From: Candidatus Methanoperedens sp.
GTDB taxonomy: Archaea > Halobacteriota > Methanosarcinia > Methanosarcinales > Methanoperedenaceae
Length of the DNA: 64,000 bases
Assembly (NCBI GenBank): GCA_036567605.1
Contig: DATCUE010000117.1
Coordinates: forward strand, 482-64,481
Direction of reading: 5' to 3'
Shown: piece after piece, positions 28,301-37,629 of the stretch
Position numbering within the stretch: position 1 is the stretch's first letter
Layout: each line of letters starts with the position of its first letter
Notes under the pieces: model-generated
What the model was told of the DNA's origin: nothing
The model's database searches: none
The model's input: only the letters and a program-made list of their open reading frames with translations
Translations under genes and position numbers: made by a program

Positions 28301-28804
28301 TCAAGATACTGTTACACTTTTTACGCCATCTATCCTGGTCAGTGTATTCACAAGCGCCCCGCTTACCTTACCTTCTGTTATTATCGTAAGTTTTGGATTT
28401 TCGGTGAGGTAGGGATCATCAGAAACAGCCTGCCTGATAGTTATCCCGTATTCAGCCACGGCCGTTGCAACAGCCCCAAGAAGTCCCTTGCGGGCGGCGT
28501 TGTCGGGCGTTATGATAATCACTCCAAGGCCGAGATAAGATGCCACGTCCCTCAGGAACGGTATGGTGCGCACATTCTTGAATATTTGCAAAAGCTGTGC
28601 ATCCTTCATTATCGTTTCGCATGTGGCATCGATCACCCTTCTATCAACACCGATCTCATTTGCTATCTGGGTATGCGCAATTTCGATATTGCCAGACACG
28701 ACCCTGCCTTCATCGTTGATCTGGAAACCTCTTTCCAGAAGCAGCCTGATTACTTTTTCCTGGGCCGGGTGATTCCTGAATTTTTCCTGGATAACACTCC
28801 ACAT
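28301..28804 (-). CDS. ACT-domain regulator of amino-acid metabolism (COG2150-like)
   Basis: 167 aa. N-terminal HTH-like segment plus C-terminal ACT-like GLGVIIITPDNAARKGLLGAVATAVAEYGITIRQ. Confidence 0.6.
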   Translation of the reverse strand: MWSVIQEKFRNHPAQEKVIRLLLERGFQINDEGRVVSGNIEIAHTQIANEIGVDRRVIDATCETIMKDAQLLQIFKNVRTIPFLRDVASYLGLGVIIITPDNAARKGLLGAVATAVAEYGITIRQAVSDDPYLTENPKLTIITEGKVSGALVNTLTRIDGVKSVTVS

Positions 28805-28825
28805 TGTTTCTTATAATAGTCACAC

Positions 28826-30031
28826 TTAATACAAATGTTTTATTGTGGGCTGCTTTTTCTCAGGAACTTCCCCTTCCATATCCTTCCAGGGAGGAAGGAT
28901 GTAAGTCACTACTATAAGGATAATCAGGGGAAGAATCAATATCACAATAGCTGGCAGGACACCCTCCTGGCTGAAGAACACGGGGACATAAGTAAGCGTG
29001 CCGCTCAAGCTCTTTGAAATTTCCTGTCCGCCGATCACAACGTTCCAGCGCATGGCAAATACTCCTATTATAACAAGAACCGATGATATCGTTATTAAAA
29101 TAGACTTCAGGGTTTCGCGGTTCTTCATAATACCTACTATTAAAAGCAGTATGAAAGGTATGAATATGCCCATTGTCAGCTGCACCCCGTAAAACGTGGT
29201 GGCTATTTTATCTGAAAGGAGCCTGTTTATGATTTCTATTTCTTCAAGAGATTCATATTTCATGCTGACAATCTCAAGCAGTTCAAGGGCTACATCCAGG
29301 ATAAGGAAGATCCACAGGTAATGGGCAAGCGAATGGAGACACTTGTGATCTATGGCGTGTTTTCTGATCTTCATTGCAGCAAGATAGAGTAAAATCAAAA
29401 GCGCTATACCGGATACAATGGCAGACATCAAGAAAATAAGGGGCATAAGAGGGGTAGACCACCATGGGTTTGCCTTTATGCCACCGAATATGAAGCCTAC
29501 ATACCCGTGAAGGAAAGCAGCCGACGGGATACCGATGATCGCAAGCTTCTTTGCGAGTTTCTCATCATCATGCAAAGCTTTTTCAGATATATCGTATGTG
29601 AAAAGCGCAAGCCCGGAATATAACAGCTTTTTCCAGCCCCCGGAATTGAGGGCCATTTTGACAATATCCTCCCTGAAAGAAAGCCATATTTCAAGTACTA
29701 CGATGACAAGATAAAACGAGTAAATATAGCCAAATCCTGACATCGCCGAGGTAAGATGGGGGGTGAACATGATTTCTATTCCCCTCTCCGGATGCCCAAG
29801 ATGCGTAAGCAGCGGCATCGTCGCCACAAGAAGAAAAGAAAGGGCGGTAAGAAGGGCGAATCTTGCAACCGGTTTGATTTCCTTTTTCCCGAAAACATGA
29901 TACAAAGATGACGCGATGAAGGCCCCTGCAACAAGACCCGTTATGTACGGGTATAACACTATCAGGATGCTCCACTGTATTTCGGCTTCATTGGGATACA
30001 CATATCCCCAGATTAAATTCTCGACTGCCAT
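28826..30031 (-). CDS. NrfD/PsrC-family integral membrane quinone-interacting subunit
   Basis: 401 aa, polytopic. N-terminus WGYVYPNEAEIQWSILIVLYPYITGLVAGAF is typical of NrfD-like proteins. Its start overlaps the stop of the FeS subunit gene. Confidence 0.8.
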   Translation of the reverse strand: MAVENLIWGYVYPNEAEIQWSILIVLYPYITGLVAGAFIASSLYHVFGKKEIKPVARFALLTALSFLLVATMPLLTHLGHPERGIEIMFTPHLTSAMSGFGYIYSFYLVIVVLEIWLSFREDIVKMALNSGGWKKLLYSGLALFTYDISEKALHDDEKLAKKLAIIGIPSAAFLHGYVGFIFGGIKANPWWSTPLMPLIFLMSAIVSGIALLILLYLAAMKIRKHAIDHKCLHSLAHYLWIFLILDVALELLEIVSMKYESLEEIEIINRLLSDKIATTFYGVQLTMGIFIPFILLLIVGIMKNRETLKSILITISSVLVIIGVFAMRWNVVIGGQEISKSLSGTLTYVPVFFSQEGVLPAIVILILPLIILIVVTYILPPWKDMEGEVPEKKQPTIKHLY

Positions 30032-30801
30032 TATCGCACTTCCCTGTCCAATCCGACATAATATACCTTGGGTTTTGTCCCGAGGTCTGCCTTCAAAACA
30101 TTGATTCTCTCGATGTCCAGTATTTTATTGACCGCACTCTCAGGGTCCTTCAGGTCTCCGAATACCCTTGCTCCCACAGGGCATGCCTGGACGCATGCGG
30201 GCAAAAGGCCCTTCGTGATCCTGTGGTAACACCAGGTACATTTATCCGCTGTATTCTTTTCAGAATTAAAGTACCTTGCACCGTAGGGGCAGCCCTGGAT
30301 ACAATATCGGCAACCAATGCAATAATCATAATCTACAAGGACGACCCCGTCATTAGTTTCATAGGTGGCGCCAACAGGACAGACCTGAACGCATGGCGGA
30401 TTATCGCAGTGATTGCATAGTTTAGGGACATAAAATGCCTTTTTGAGATCTTCTGCAGGAATATCATCAATGAACCCATCGATACTTCCGTTGGGTGAGT
30501 CTATCTTCACTTCCCCGTCTTTTAACGTCCTGTATCTTTCAACCCAAGTCCTGTAAACTGGTTCATCGAAAGGAACATGGTTCTCAAGCTTGCAGGCATT
30601 TGCGCACCTGCCGCATCCAATGCATTTACGGGTATCTACAACGAATCCCCAGTAATGTTCATTCCAGTCATATCCATCCTTTGGGGATTCCCCGGCCGCA
30701 ATACCACGGGTAACCATAGATTCGATAATAGCTTTGCCAGCAGCCGCCCCGATAATAACCTTACATCCAATTTTGGTAAATTCCCGTCTTGATAGATTCA
30801 T
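30031..30801 (-). CDS. 4Fe-4S ferredoxin-type subunit (NrfC/PsrB/HybA-like) with Tat signal
   Basis: 256 aa. Twin-arginine motif LSRREFTK. Four Cys clusters: CIGCGRCANAC, CNHCDNPPCVQVC, CIGCRYCIQGC, CTWC...C. Confidence 0.85.
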   Translation of the reverse strand: MNLSRREFTKIGCKVIIGAAAGKAIIESMVTRGIAAGESPKDGYDWNEHYWGFVVDTRKCIGCGRCANACKLENHVPFDEPVYRTWVERYRTLKDGEVKIDSPNGSIDGFIDDIPAEDLKKAFYVPKLCNHCDNPPCVQVCPVGATYETNDGVVLVDYDYCIGCRYCIQGCPYGARYFNSEKNTADKCTWCYHRITKGLLPACVQACPVGARVFGDLKDPESAVNKILDIERINVLKADLGTKPKVYYVGLDREVR

Positions 30802-30816
30802 TTGTTGATCCTCCGT

Positions 30817-31266
30817 TTAGATAAACCAGGGCTTGTGGGGGTTATGGCAGTATGCACATCTTAAGTTTTCACCATGTGTTGCAGGATCTATCTGAGGGAA
30901 ATTTGTCGGTCTTGCGACCTTTTTAAAATGGCATGTCCCACAAAATTCTCTTGTTTCGTTCACTGCTTCCGGCATTATTCTTACATTACTGACATGATTC
31001 TGGGAAGGGCCATGGCAGGTTTCACAATTCACGGTTTTATGTCTTGAATCAGACCATATCGAATAAAGGGTTTGATGGCAATTTTCCTCACTGCAACTCG
31101 CTGACCCCGCATACCCGACCTGAAAATTCATATTATCGGAGACAGAATCCCCCCTGTACCAGCCATATTGGTTGAAAGATCCCGGGACGACAAACGACCT
31201 GACGGCAATGAAACCAATGATTGCAATTACCAGTAAAGTAACTGCTCTTTTCAAGTGTGGCTGCAT
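30817..31266 (-). CDS. Membrane-anchored tetrahaem c-type cytochrome
   Basis: 149 aa with an N-terminal TM helix. Haem motifs CSEENCH (CX4CH), CETCH, CGTCH, CAYCH. Confidence 0.85.
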   Translation of the reverse strand: MQPHLKRAVTLLVIAIIGFIAVRSFVVPGSFNQYGWYRGDSVSDNMNFQVGYAGSASCSEENCHQTLYSIWSDSRHKTVNCETCHGPSQNHVSNVRIMPEAVNETREFCGTCHFKKVARPTNFPQIDPATHGENLRCAYCHNPHKPWFI

Positions 31267-31281
31267 GGTTTTCTCACGTTT

Positions 31282-32250
31282 TTAGTCCTTTTTCTTTTTC
31301 ATTATATACAATACAGCCAGCATCGAGATTACAGCCGGCAGAGCGACAAATCCAGGTGTTTTGGGTACCGCTGTCTTGGATGGGGATGGAGATGGTTTTA
31401 CAATATCTTCTGCCTTTTTCACTTCTCTGCTGGCAGAATCCACCTCATTCTCGAAATGCGTGAGGTTGAATTCATGCCATAATACTGCAAGATTGTCAAG
31501 TGTTTGAACAGATGCATTGACATGTTCCTGCGCCTGTGTTACGTCCGTCCCGTTCTTTTTGGCCCAGAAAATATCCTGGTTTGCCATGTCGATATTGAAT
31601 TTTAATTTGTTCACTTTTCCAAGCAAATATTCTGCCTGAACCGGTATGTCATAGGGAGCTACCTTTTTTGTCACTGAATGGCAGTTGCCGCAGAGATACC
31701 TGAAATCCTCAGGATTCAAGATCTTAAACGTATGCGGGGCATGACATGTGGTGCACGTTGGAGCAAGCTTCAATGCCTCGAGTGTCTGATAATGTTTACT
31801 GTTCTCAAAACTGGCGAGTTCTTTGGTATGGCAGTTGCCACAGGTCTTTGGAACATTGGTATAATATACAGGGCTTTCAGGGTCCGTAATGTTTTTGAAA
31901 TTCGCATGAGCTTTCTCCTTAGTAGGTTGCTTCGGATCCCCGCCGTGGCAATATTCGCATGTAATCCCTTTTAAATAATGCGCCGATTCCGTCCACTGCT
32001 GATAATTAGCTGTTGCCAATTGTCTTACCCTGTCTTCATGGCATTCGAGGGAACAACCCACATTTCTTTCCAGGTGCTGGATCCTGATCTGGTTAAATCT
32101 CTGTTCCTCTTCAATAAAAGGAGTCACTGTCTTATGGCAATTAACACATGAGTTATTTGAAATTCCTGTTTCAGCCGCAATCACCTGCGGAATAAAAAAT
32201 AAAATAAATCCAGTTAAAGCGAAAAATATAATTATGCGTTTCATCTGCAT
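31282..32250 (-). CDS. Multihaem (6 sites) c-type cytochrome with PGF-CTERM sorting signal
   Basis: From MQMKRIIIFFAL (signal/TM). Haem motifs CVNCH, CSLECH (CX3CH), CEYCH, CGNCH, CTTCH, CGNCH. The C-terminus carries a PS-rich linker then TPGFVALPAVISMLAVLYIMKKKKD. Confidence 0.85.
   Translation of the reverse strand: MQMKRIIIFFALTGFILFFIPQVIAAETGISNNSCVNCHKTVTPFIEEEQRFNQIRIQHLERNVGCSLECHEDRVRQLATANYQQWTESAHYLKGITCEYCHGGDPKQPTKEKAHANFKNITDPESPVYYTNVPKTCGNCHTKELASFENSKHYQTLEALKLAPTCTTCHAPHTFKILNPEDFRYLCGNCHSVTKKVAPYDIPVQAEYLLGKVNKLKFNIDMANQDIFWAKKNGTDVTQAQEHVNASVQTLDNLAVLWHEFNLTHFENEVDSASREVKKAEDIVKPSPSPSKTAVPKTPGFVALPAVISMLAVLYIMKKKKD
31285..31359 (-). other. PGF-CTERM archaeosortase A recognition signal (last 25 codons of the cytochrome)
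   Basis: The tripartite signal is read directly from the DNA: PGF, hydrophobic helix VALPAVISMLAVLYIM, basic tail KKKKD. Confidence 0.8.
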
Positions 32251-32456
32251 TTTTTTCAAGCCTGCCGTTTTTATGGTTACGTCCTTTACGTTTTTAAAGC
32301 TATCCGTTTTTTGATGCTCACACACTTAATTTTTTGTATTTATAATTTTCTCTTTTAATTCATTGAGCCTATGGAGTCATTATAGTATCTGAAAAAAGCA
32401 CAGCACTCTGGCGTAGAATGCGGATTGTACGGATAACAAGGATGCGCACAGAAGCT

Positions 32457-33104
32457 TTACTGACGCTGCAGTGAGTCTCTCTCATTTCCATATGCAGTCC
32501 TGGGAGTCACGGCTGCCGCTATAGCCGAAACAATCAGGGCCTTGTATATATCCACACCAATAAACGGCAGTGCCCCGAGTTCAATTGCTTTCTGCGCATT
32601 TACCCCGAGCACGATTGATAACTGAATTACCCCTGCTGTATAAATTATCGCAATCCCAAGAAGCATGAGACTGAACATCACCATAAAACTGCGGGACCTG
32701 ATATACATATCTGTGAACCATCCGATGACAAGGGCTGCGACAATAAATCCGATTATGTATCCTCCTGTTACACCGGCAAGAACCGCCATACCGCTTTTTG
32801 CATCTGCAAACCACGGGATACCTGCCGCCCCTATTGCCGCATAGAAACCCAGACTTAATCCCCCGTACCATCTTCCGAGGATAACGCCTGAGAGAAGGAC
32901 AGCGAAAACCTGGCCTGTGACCGGGACTGGAGTATAGGGAAGATAAAACCGCAACTGTGCAAGCAGCCCGGTAAGACATGCAAATCCCAGCGCAAGGATA
33001 ACCTTGTTAATAAATGTGGATTCAAACCGCCATTTGAAGAAATTATACTTTGCAGACTCATATTTCATAAATACATTTCTTAATTCGTTGTTGAATTCTG
33101 ACAT
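32457..33104 (-). CDS. bioY: Biotin transporter BioY
   Basis: 215 aa, polytopic. LAQLRFYLPYTPVPVTGQVFAVLLSGVILG is the BioY signature region. Confidence 0.85.
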   Translation of the reverse strand: MSEFNNELRNVFMKYESAKYNFFKWRFESTFINKVILALGFACLTGLLAQLRFYLPYTPVPVTGQVFAVLLSGVILGRWYGGLSLGFYAAIGAAGIPWFADAKSGMAVLAGVTGGYIIGFIVAALVIGWFTDMYIRSRSFMVMFSLMLLGIAIIYTAGVIQLSIVLGVNAQKAIELGALPFIGVDIYKALIVSAIAAAVTPRTAYGNERDSLQRQ

Positions 33105-33220
33105 AAGCCACCGATTGTAAACTTTTTTTCCTGAAAGGTAAACAATCTATATAAGGTTTGCCAATGAACAGTGGTTGTATTTAAATACTAAAAACTCTAT
33201 AATAAATAGGGGTGGAACAT

Positions 33221-33703
33221 ATGGAAATAATTTCTATAAAAATCGATGCGCCGGCGGAAACAAATCTTATACTCGGGCAGACGCATTTTATCAAGAGTGC
33301 TGAGGATCTATATGAAGTGCTGATATCATCAGTCCCTGAAATAAAATTCGGGCTGGCGTTCTGTGAGGCTTCCGGAAAGTGCCTCGTAAGGAGCGAGGGA
33401 AATGATGAGGAACTTAAGAAAGCCGCAGAAATAAATGCCCTGGACCTGGGATGCGGCCACAGTTTTATCATATTCATAAAAAATGCCTATCCGATAAATG
33501 TCCTGAACGCTATTAAGAACCTGCAGGAAGTCTGCAGTATTTATTGCGCAACTGCAAATCCTGTCGAAGTCATTATTGCCCAGACGCATCAGGGCAGGGG
33601 GATACTGGGTGTGGTGGACGGTGAGAGTCCGAAAGATATTGAGACCTCAAAAGATGTAGAGGAAAGAAAAAAATTCCTGCGCACTATCGGTTACAAGAGA
33701 TAA
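33221..33703 (+). CDS. Adenosine-specific kinase family protein (DUF355/Adenosine_kin)
   Basis: 160 aa from ATG 33221; a GTG at 33212 is also possible. [32 protein letters not shown]... matches my recollection of the family. Confidence 0.65.
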   Translation: MEIISIKIDAPAETNLILGQTHFIKSAEDLYEVLISSVPEIKFGLAFCEASGKCLVRSEGNDEELKKAAEINALDLGCGHSFIIFIKNAYPINVLNAIKNLQEVCSIYCATANPVEVIIAQTHQGRGILGVVDGESPKDIETSKDVEERKKFLRTIGYKR

Positions 33704-34596
33704 TGGGAAAAGACTACCTGAAGGTCAGGGTCCCCGCCACTTCTGCGAATCTCGGTGCGGGTTTTGATGTTTTCGGTATAGCCCTGGATAATCCCTTTGA
33801 TATACTTGAAATTGAAAAAAGCAATGAAATTGAAATAATTGTCAGGGGTAAAGGTTCGGAATACATACCTACAGACCCGCGAATCAACACTGCCGGGGTC
33901 GTGGCCTCTATACTTGAAAAACCAGTCAGGATCACGATTAACAGGAACATTCCTTTAAGCAGCGGACTTGGAAGCAGCGCAGCACCCGCCGCCGGGATTG
34001 CCTTCGCACTGAATGAAATGTATGAACTCGGGCTTCCCCGTGAAGAGCTTGTAAGGATAGCCGCAAGGGGCGAACAGGTTGCATCAGGAGTTGCACATGC
34101 AGATAATGTGGCGCCGGCAATCTACGGCGGTTTTGTGATAGTGCATGAAAACAAAATAATCTCTTTGATGCCTGAGAATATCGGCGTCGTTGCAGTCCAC
34201 CCGGATATTATCGTGAGCACACGCACGGCCCGGGCAATGCTTCCGAAAAAAATAGCAATAGAAAATGTTTCCTTCAATATCGCAAGTGCGGCATCCATGG
34301 TCGTGGGCATGATGAAAAGCGACATAAAACTCATCGGGGAAAGCATGGAGAACAGGGTAATCGAGAAGATACGCTCCGAACTTATAAAAGGATATTCACT
34401 TGTCAGGGAAAGGGCGCTTGAAGCCGGAGCAACAGGTGTCACGATAAGCGGTTCCGGGCCGACAATGATAGCTGTGTGCGCGATGGATGAGAGGGAAAAA
34501 GTTGCAGAGGCCATGACCCGCGCATTTGAGGAAAGCCATGTCAAAAGCGAGGCTTTTATAACAACGATTGGGAGAGGGGTGGAAATTATAATGTGA
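33703..34596 (+). CDS. thrB: Homoserine kinase
   Basis: 297 aa. VRVPATSANLGAGFDVFG and the GHMP motif PLSSGLGSSAAPAA are present. Confidence 0.92.
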   Translation: MGKDYLKVRVPATSANLGAGFDVFGIALDNPFDILEIEKSNEIEIIVRGKGSEYIPTDPRINTAGVVASILEKPVRITINRNIPLSSGLGSSAAPAAGIAFALNEMYELGLPREELVRIAARGEQVASGVAHADNVAPAIYGGFVIVHENKIISLMPENIGVVAVHPDIIVSTRTARAMLPKKIAIENVSFNIASAASMVVGMMKSDIKLIGESMENRVIEKIRSELIKGYSLVRERALEAGATGVTISGSGPTMIAVCAMDEREKVAEAMTRAFEESHVKSEAFITTIGRGVEIIM

Positions 34597-34599
34597 GGT

Positions 34600-34986
34600 T
34601 CATGTTATCTTTTCAAGCCTCATCCTGAACTCTTTCCTGTGCCGTTTCTCTTCGTCCAGTATGTGTTTCAGCACACCAACCGCTTCTTTATCGTTATCGC
34701 CTATCAGTTCGATATGCCGCCTGTACCTTTCAACAGCCTCGGATTCAAGAGAAACCTGCATCTTAAGCTGGCCTTTCAGGTCATCTCCGCCGAAATCAAG
34801 TTCCCTGTGCTCCATGCTGGGCTTCCCGCCTCTTTTTATGATCAGTTCTGCAAGCCAGTTCATATGCCTCATTTCATCAACACCTATCGCCTCGGTCACC
34901 CTGCTCGGGTCGCACCGTGGCATGAGAAAAGCGTTCCGCACGTATATCATCGTGGCTTCTATTTCCCTGGCAAAGTCTTCGTTCAA
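34600..34986 (-). CDS. Ferritin-like (bacterioferritin/rubrerythrin-fold) domain protein
   Basis: 128 aa. Paired E...ExxH-type motifs: GVDEMRHMNWL and ILDEEKRHRKEF. Confidence 0.6.
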   Translation of the reverse strand: MNEDFAREIEATMIYVRNAFLMPRCDPSRVTEAIGVDEMRHMNWLAELIIKRGGKPSMEHRELDFGGDDLKGQLKMQVSLESEAVERYRRHIELIGDNDKEAVGVLKHILDEEKRHRKEFRMRLEKIT

Positions 34987-35110
34987 TAGACTGATAATCT
35001 CTTTGGCGTCCAGATATTACTCCTCCGAATAATGATATTGGATAATTCACTATTTAGCTTTAATCAATTGCTCATCATATTTTTATACAGAGCGTATAAA
35101 TTAAGGTGCT

Positions 35111-35617
35111 ATGTTCGAATCATTCCAGAGCTTCCTGCTGAATTACGGTTATGCAGGCTTATTCCTGGCAAGCTTTCTGGCATCCACCGTGCTTCCTTTC
35201 GGGAGCGAGGGAATCGTCATGCTTCTTATTTATGAGAAATTCAATATCCTTGCTGTAGTCATGGTAGCTTCTGTGGGCAATTTCTTTGGCGCATGCACCA
35301 GTTATTACATCGGTTTGAAAGGAAGAGGATACATCGAGAAGTACCTGAGAATCGATTCCAGAGATATCGAAAAAACTGAAAAATACTTCTCTCGCTATGG
35401 CTCATGGGTGTTGCTATTCACATGGGTTCCCCTGATAGGGGATGCAATTACGGTCACGGGCGGGCTCCTGCGCCTTAAGTTTCCGGTATTTGCGGTTTTT
35501 GTTTTTACAGGAAAGTTCTTGCGTTACCTTGGTATTGCATATTTCCCTATTGTCCTTCCGATTATCATGAAATATATCTCTATTATACTAAAATATATTT
35601 CAGGGATTTTAGTATGA
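35111..35617 (+). CDS. YqaA/DedA-type (VTT domain) membrane protein
   Basis: 168 aa. YGYAGLFLASFLASTVLPFGSEGIVMLLI is typical of the YqaA family. Confidence 0.7.
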   Translation: MFESFQSFLLNYGYAGLFLASFLASTVLPFGSEGIVMLLIYEKFNILAVVMVASVGNFFGACTSYYIGLKGRGYIEKYLRIDSRDIEKTEKYFSRYGSWVLLFTWVPLIGDAITVTGGLLRLKFPVFAVFVFTGKFLRYLGIAYFPIVLPIIMKYISIILKYISGILV

Positions 35618-35626
35618 TGATACCGA

Positions 35627-37039
35627 ATGCCTAAATTCAGGAAGGTTCCTATGAATGAATATGATTCGATCGTTGTCGGCGGAGGTATAAGCGGGTTATT
35701 GTCCGCCCTCGTGTTATCAAAAGCAGGAGAAAAGGTTCTCGTTCTTGAAAAAAACAACATTGTCGGTAATAATTGCACCAGCTACTTTGTTGATGGTTAC
35801 CAGGTGGACACAGGCCCACATGCCATAACACAGTTGCGAAGGGGCGGGCCGTTGACATATTTGATGGAAAATTATTTTGATTATATGCCGGTCTTTGTTG
35901 ATTATGGGGATTATTTCATACGTACTGAGAAGGGTTTGAGGAATGTGCCCACCACGCTTGGCGGTTACCTGACAATGGATATATTGCCGCGAAAAGACAG
36001 GATTATTATTGCGCAGGCCCTGGCGAAAATGATGGTGCTGTGGCAGTTCGGAACAGACCTGACACAGACATCGGTATACCAGTGCCTTCCGTGGGATAAT
36101 CTCTCAACTGAGACGGCTGAATTCATAGATACATTTTGTTATTTCTTATCAGGAAGGTCGATGAAGGAAACCTCGGTCAACAGGATGTTCGTAGGCAGTG
36201 GGTTTGTTGAAGAAAGCATCCAGAAGGAAATGGCCCATGGAAAAAACCAATATTTGAATCAATATGAGGATGTCAGGAAAGTATCGTATATCAGCAGATT
36301 GTTAAACAACAAAAAAGTGAGCTACAACCAATTCTATCCGCGCGATGGCCTCAAAGCAATTGTAAATGCGATACTGTATTCAATGCCCGATGCTGTGGAA
36401 ATTAAAACAAGTACCGAAGTAAAAGAAATCATCACTGAAAATGATGTCTCAAAAGCAGTTCTTACAAAAGACGATACTTATTATTCAGAAAAAATCATTT
36501 ATTCAGCTTTCCTCAAGGATCTCCCGATATATATTAAAGAGCTGCCGGCACGATATGTTTCAGAACTGGATAGCATCAAACAGTCAAGGACATTAACAAT
36601 ATGGCTCGGGCTTGATGACAAATTCAACGATTTCAATTACGTGGGCGGTGAAGTATGGTTCAGGAAGAAGGCTTTCTGGGCAATGCCAACCAGCAATTAC
36701 AACAGGGATTTTGCCCCGCGGGATAAAAAACTGGTAGGATTCATGTTCTCAACAGAAGAAGACAAGAATATTCAGGCTGAAAAGCACGATGCATTTGAAA
36801 CAATTTTACGAGTGTATCCTGGCATAGACAAACATATCGATATGACCCATTACCAGGTAACCACGCCTGAAAAAGCCGCTGTTTCAATAAATGGCTTCAT
36901 AGGAGATACAGAGACACCGATAAAAAATCTATTTCTTGTGGGAACCGATGCCGATGATAGAAGCATGGGGGTGACAAGGGCCGCATACTCAGTTGTAAAA
37001 CTGATAAAGATTTTAAAAAATAAGCATACAGGCAAATAA
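35627..37039 (+). CDS. FAD/NAD(P)-binding oxidoreductase, phytoene-desaturase-like
   Basis: 470 aa. The dinucleotide-binding motif YDSIVVGGGISGLLSALVLSKAGEKVLVLEKN is present. The start could be the internal MNEYD at 35651. Confidence 0.7.
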   Translation: MPKFRKVPMNEYDSIVVGGGISGLLSALVLSKAGEKVLVLEKNNIVGNNCTSYFVDGYQVDTGPHAITQLRRGGPLTYLMENYFDYMPVFVDYGDYFIRTEKGLRNVPTTLGGYLTMDILPRKDRIIIAQALAKMMVLWQFGTDLTQTSVYQCLPWDNLSTETAEFIDTFCYFLSGRSMKETSVNRMFVGSGFVEESIQKEMAHGKNQYLNQYEDVRKVSYISRLLNNKKVSYNQFYPRDGLKAIVNAILYSMPDAVEIKTSTEVKEIITENDVSKAVLTKDDTYYSEKIIYSAFLKDLPIYIKELPARYVSELDSIKQSRTLTIWLGLDDKFNDFNYVGGEVWFRKKAFWAMPTSNYNRDFAPRDKKLVGFMFSTEEDKNIQAEKHDAFETILRVYPGIDKHIDMTHYQVTTPEKAAVSINGFIGDTETPIKNLFLVGTDADDRSMGVTRAAYSVVKLIKILKNKHTGK

Positions 37040-37055
37040 TCCTTCTGTACATGTC

Positions 37056-37628
37056 TTACTTGCCGATGACGTATATCTCGGCGCTCTGCTTCCTCGACGC
37101 CTCGGGGGAAAAGGCCTGCGTTTTCGCAAAGTACAGCCTCACTTTATTCAAAAATCCCGGGAACATATCACCCTGGAATACCTTTACCACGAACCTTCCT
37201 CCCGGCCTGAGAAGCTTCTTTGCGCATTCAAGGGCGGATGTCGCAAGGTCGATGGAGCGTGCATGGTCGTAGCTCCAGTTCCCTGAAAGATTGGGCGCTG
37301 CATCGCAGATAACAACGTCAGCCCCTTCTTGTTTTATCATTTTCCTTATTTTTTCTACCGTGCTCTCAAGGCGGATATCCCCTTTTATCGTCTCAACACC
37401 CTCGATTTCCTCTATGGACAGCAAATCCACACCAACCACCTTGCCGCCTGAAAATTCATATGCAACCTGGAGCCATCCTCCGGGTGCCGCGCCAAGGTCA
37501 ATTACAGTATCCCCTTTCCTGATCATATTGAACCTTTCGTTTATCTGCTTAAGCTTGAAAGCCGCCCTAGAGCGGTACCCCTCTTTCTTGGCTTTCCTGT
37601 AAAAATAATCCCTGCGGTCCCGCGGCAT
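37056..37628 (-). CDS. rlmE: 23S rRNA 2'-O-ribose methyltransferase RlmE/FtsJ
   Basis: 190 aa. YRSRAAFKLKQINERF, VIDLGAAPGGWLQV and VVICDAAPNLSGN are present. Confidence 0.9.
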   Translation of the reverse strand: MPRDRRDYFYRKAKKEGYRSRAAFKLKQINERFNMIRKGDTVIDLGAAPGGWLQVAYEFSGGKVVGVDLLSIEEIEGVETIKGDIRLESTVEKIRKMIKQEGADVVICDAAPNLSGNWSYDHARSIDLATSALECAKKLLRPGGRFVVKVFQGDMFPGFLNKVRLYFAKTQAFSPEASRKQSAEIYVIGK

Positions 37629-37629
37629 T

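Noticed and set aside
32251-32325. N-terminal 25-codon extension of the six-haem cytochrome (start 32325).
   Set aside because: The internal MQMKRIIIFF start places the hydrophobic signal sequence at the N-terminus as expected. The extension is hydrophilic and unnecessary, although it cannot be strictly excluded.
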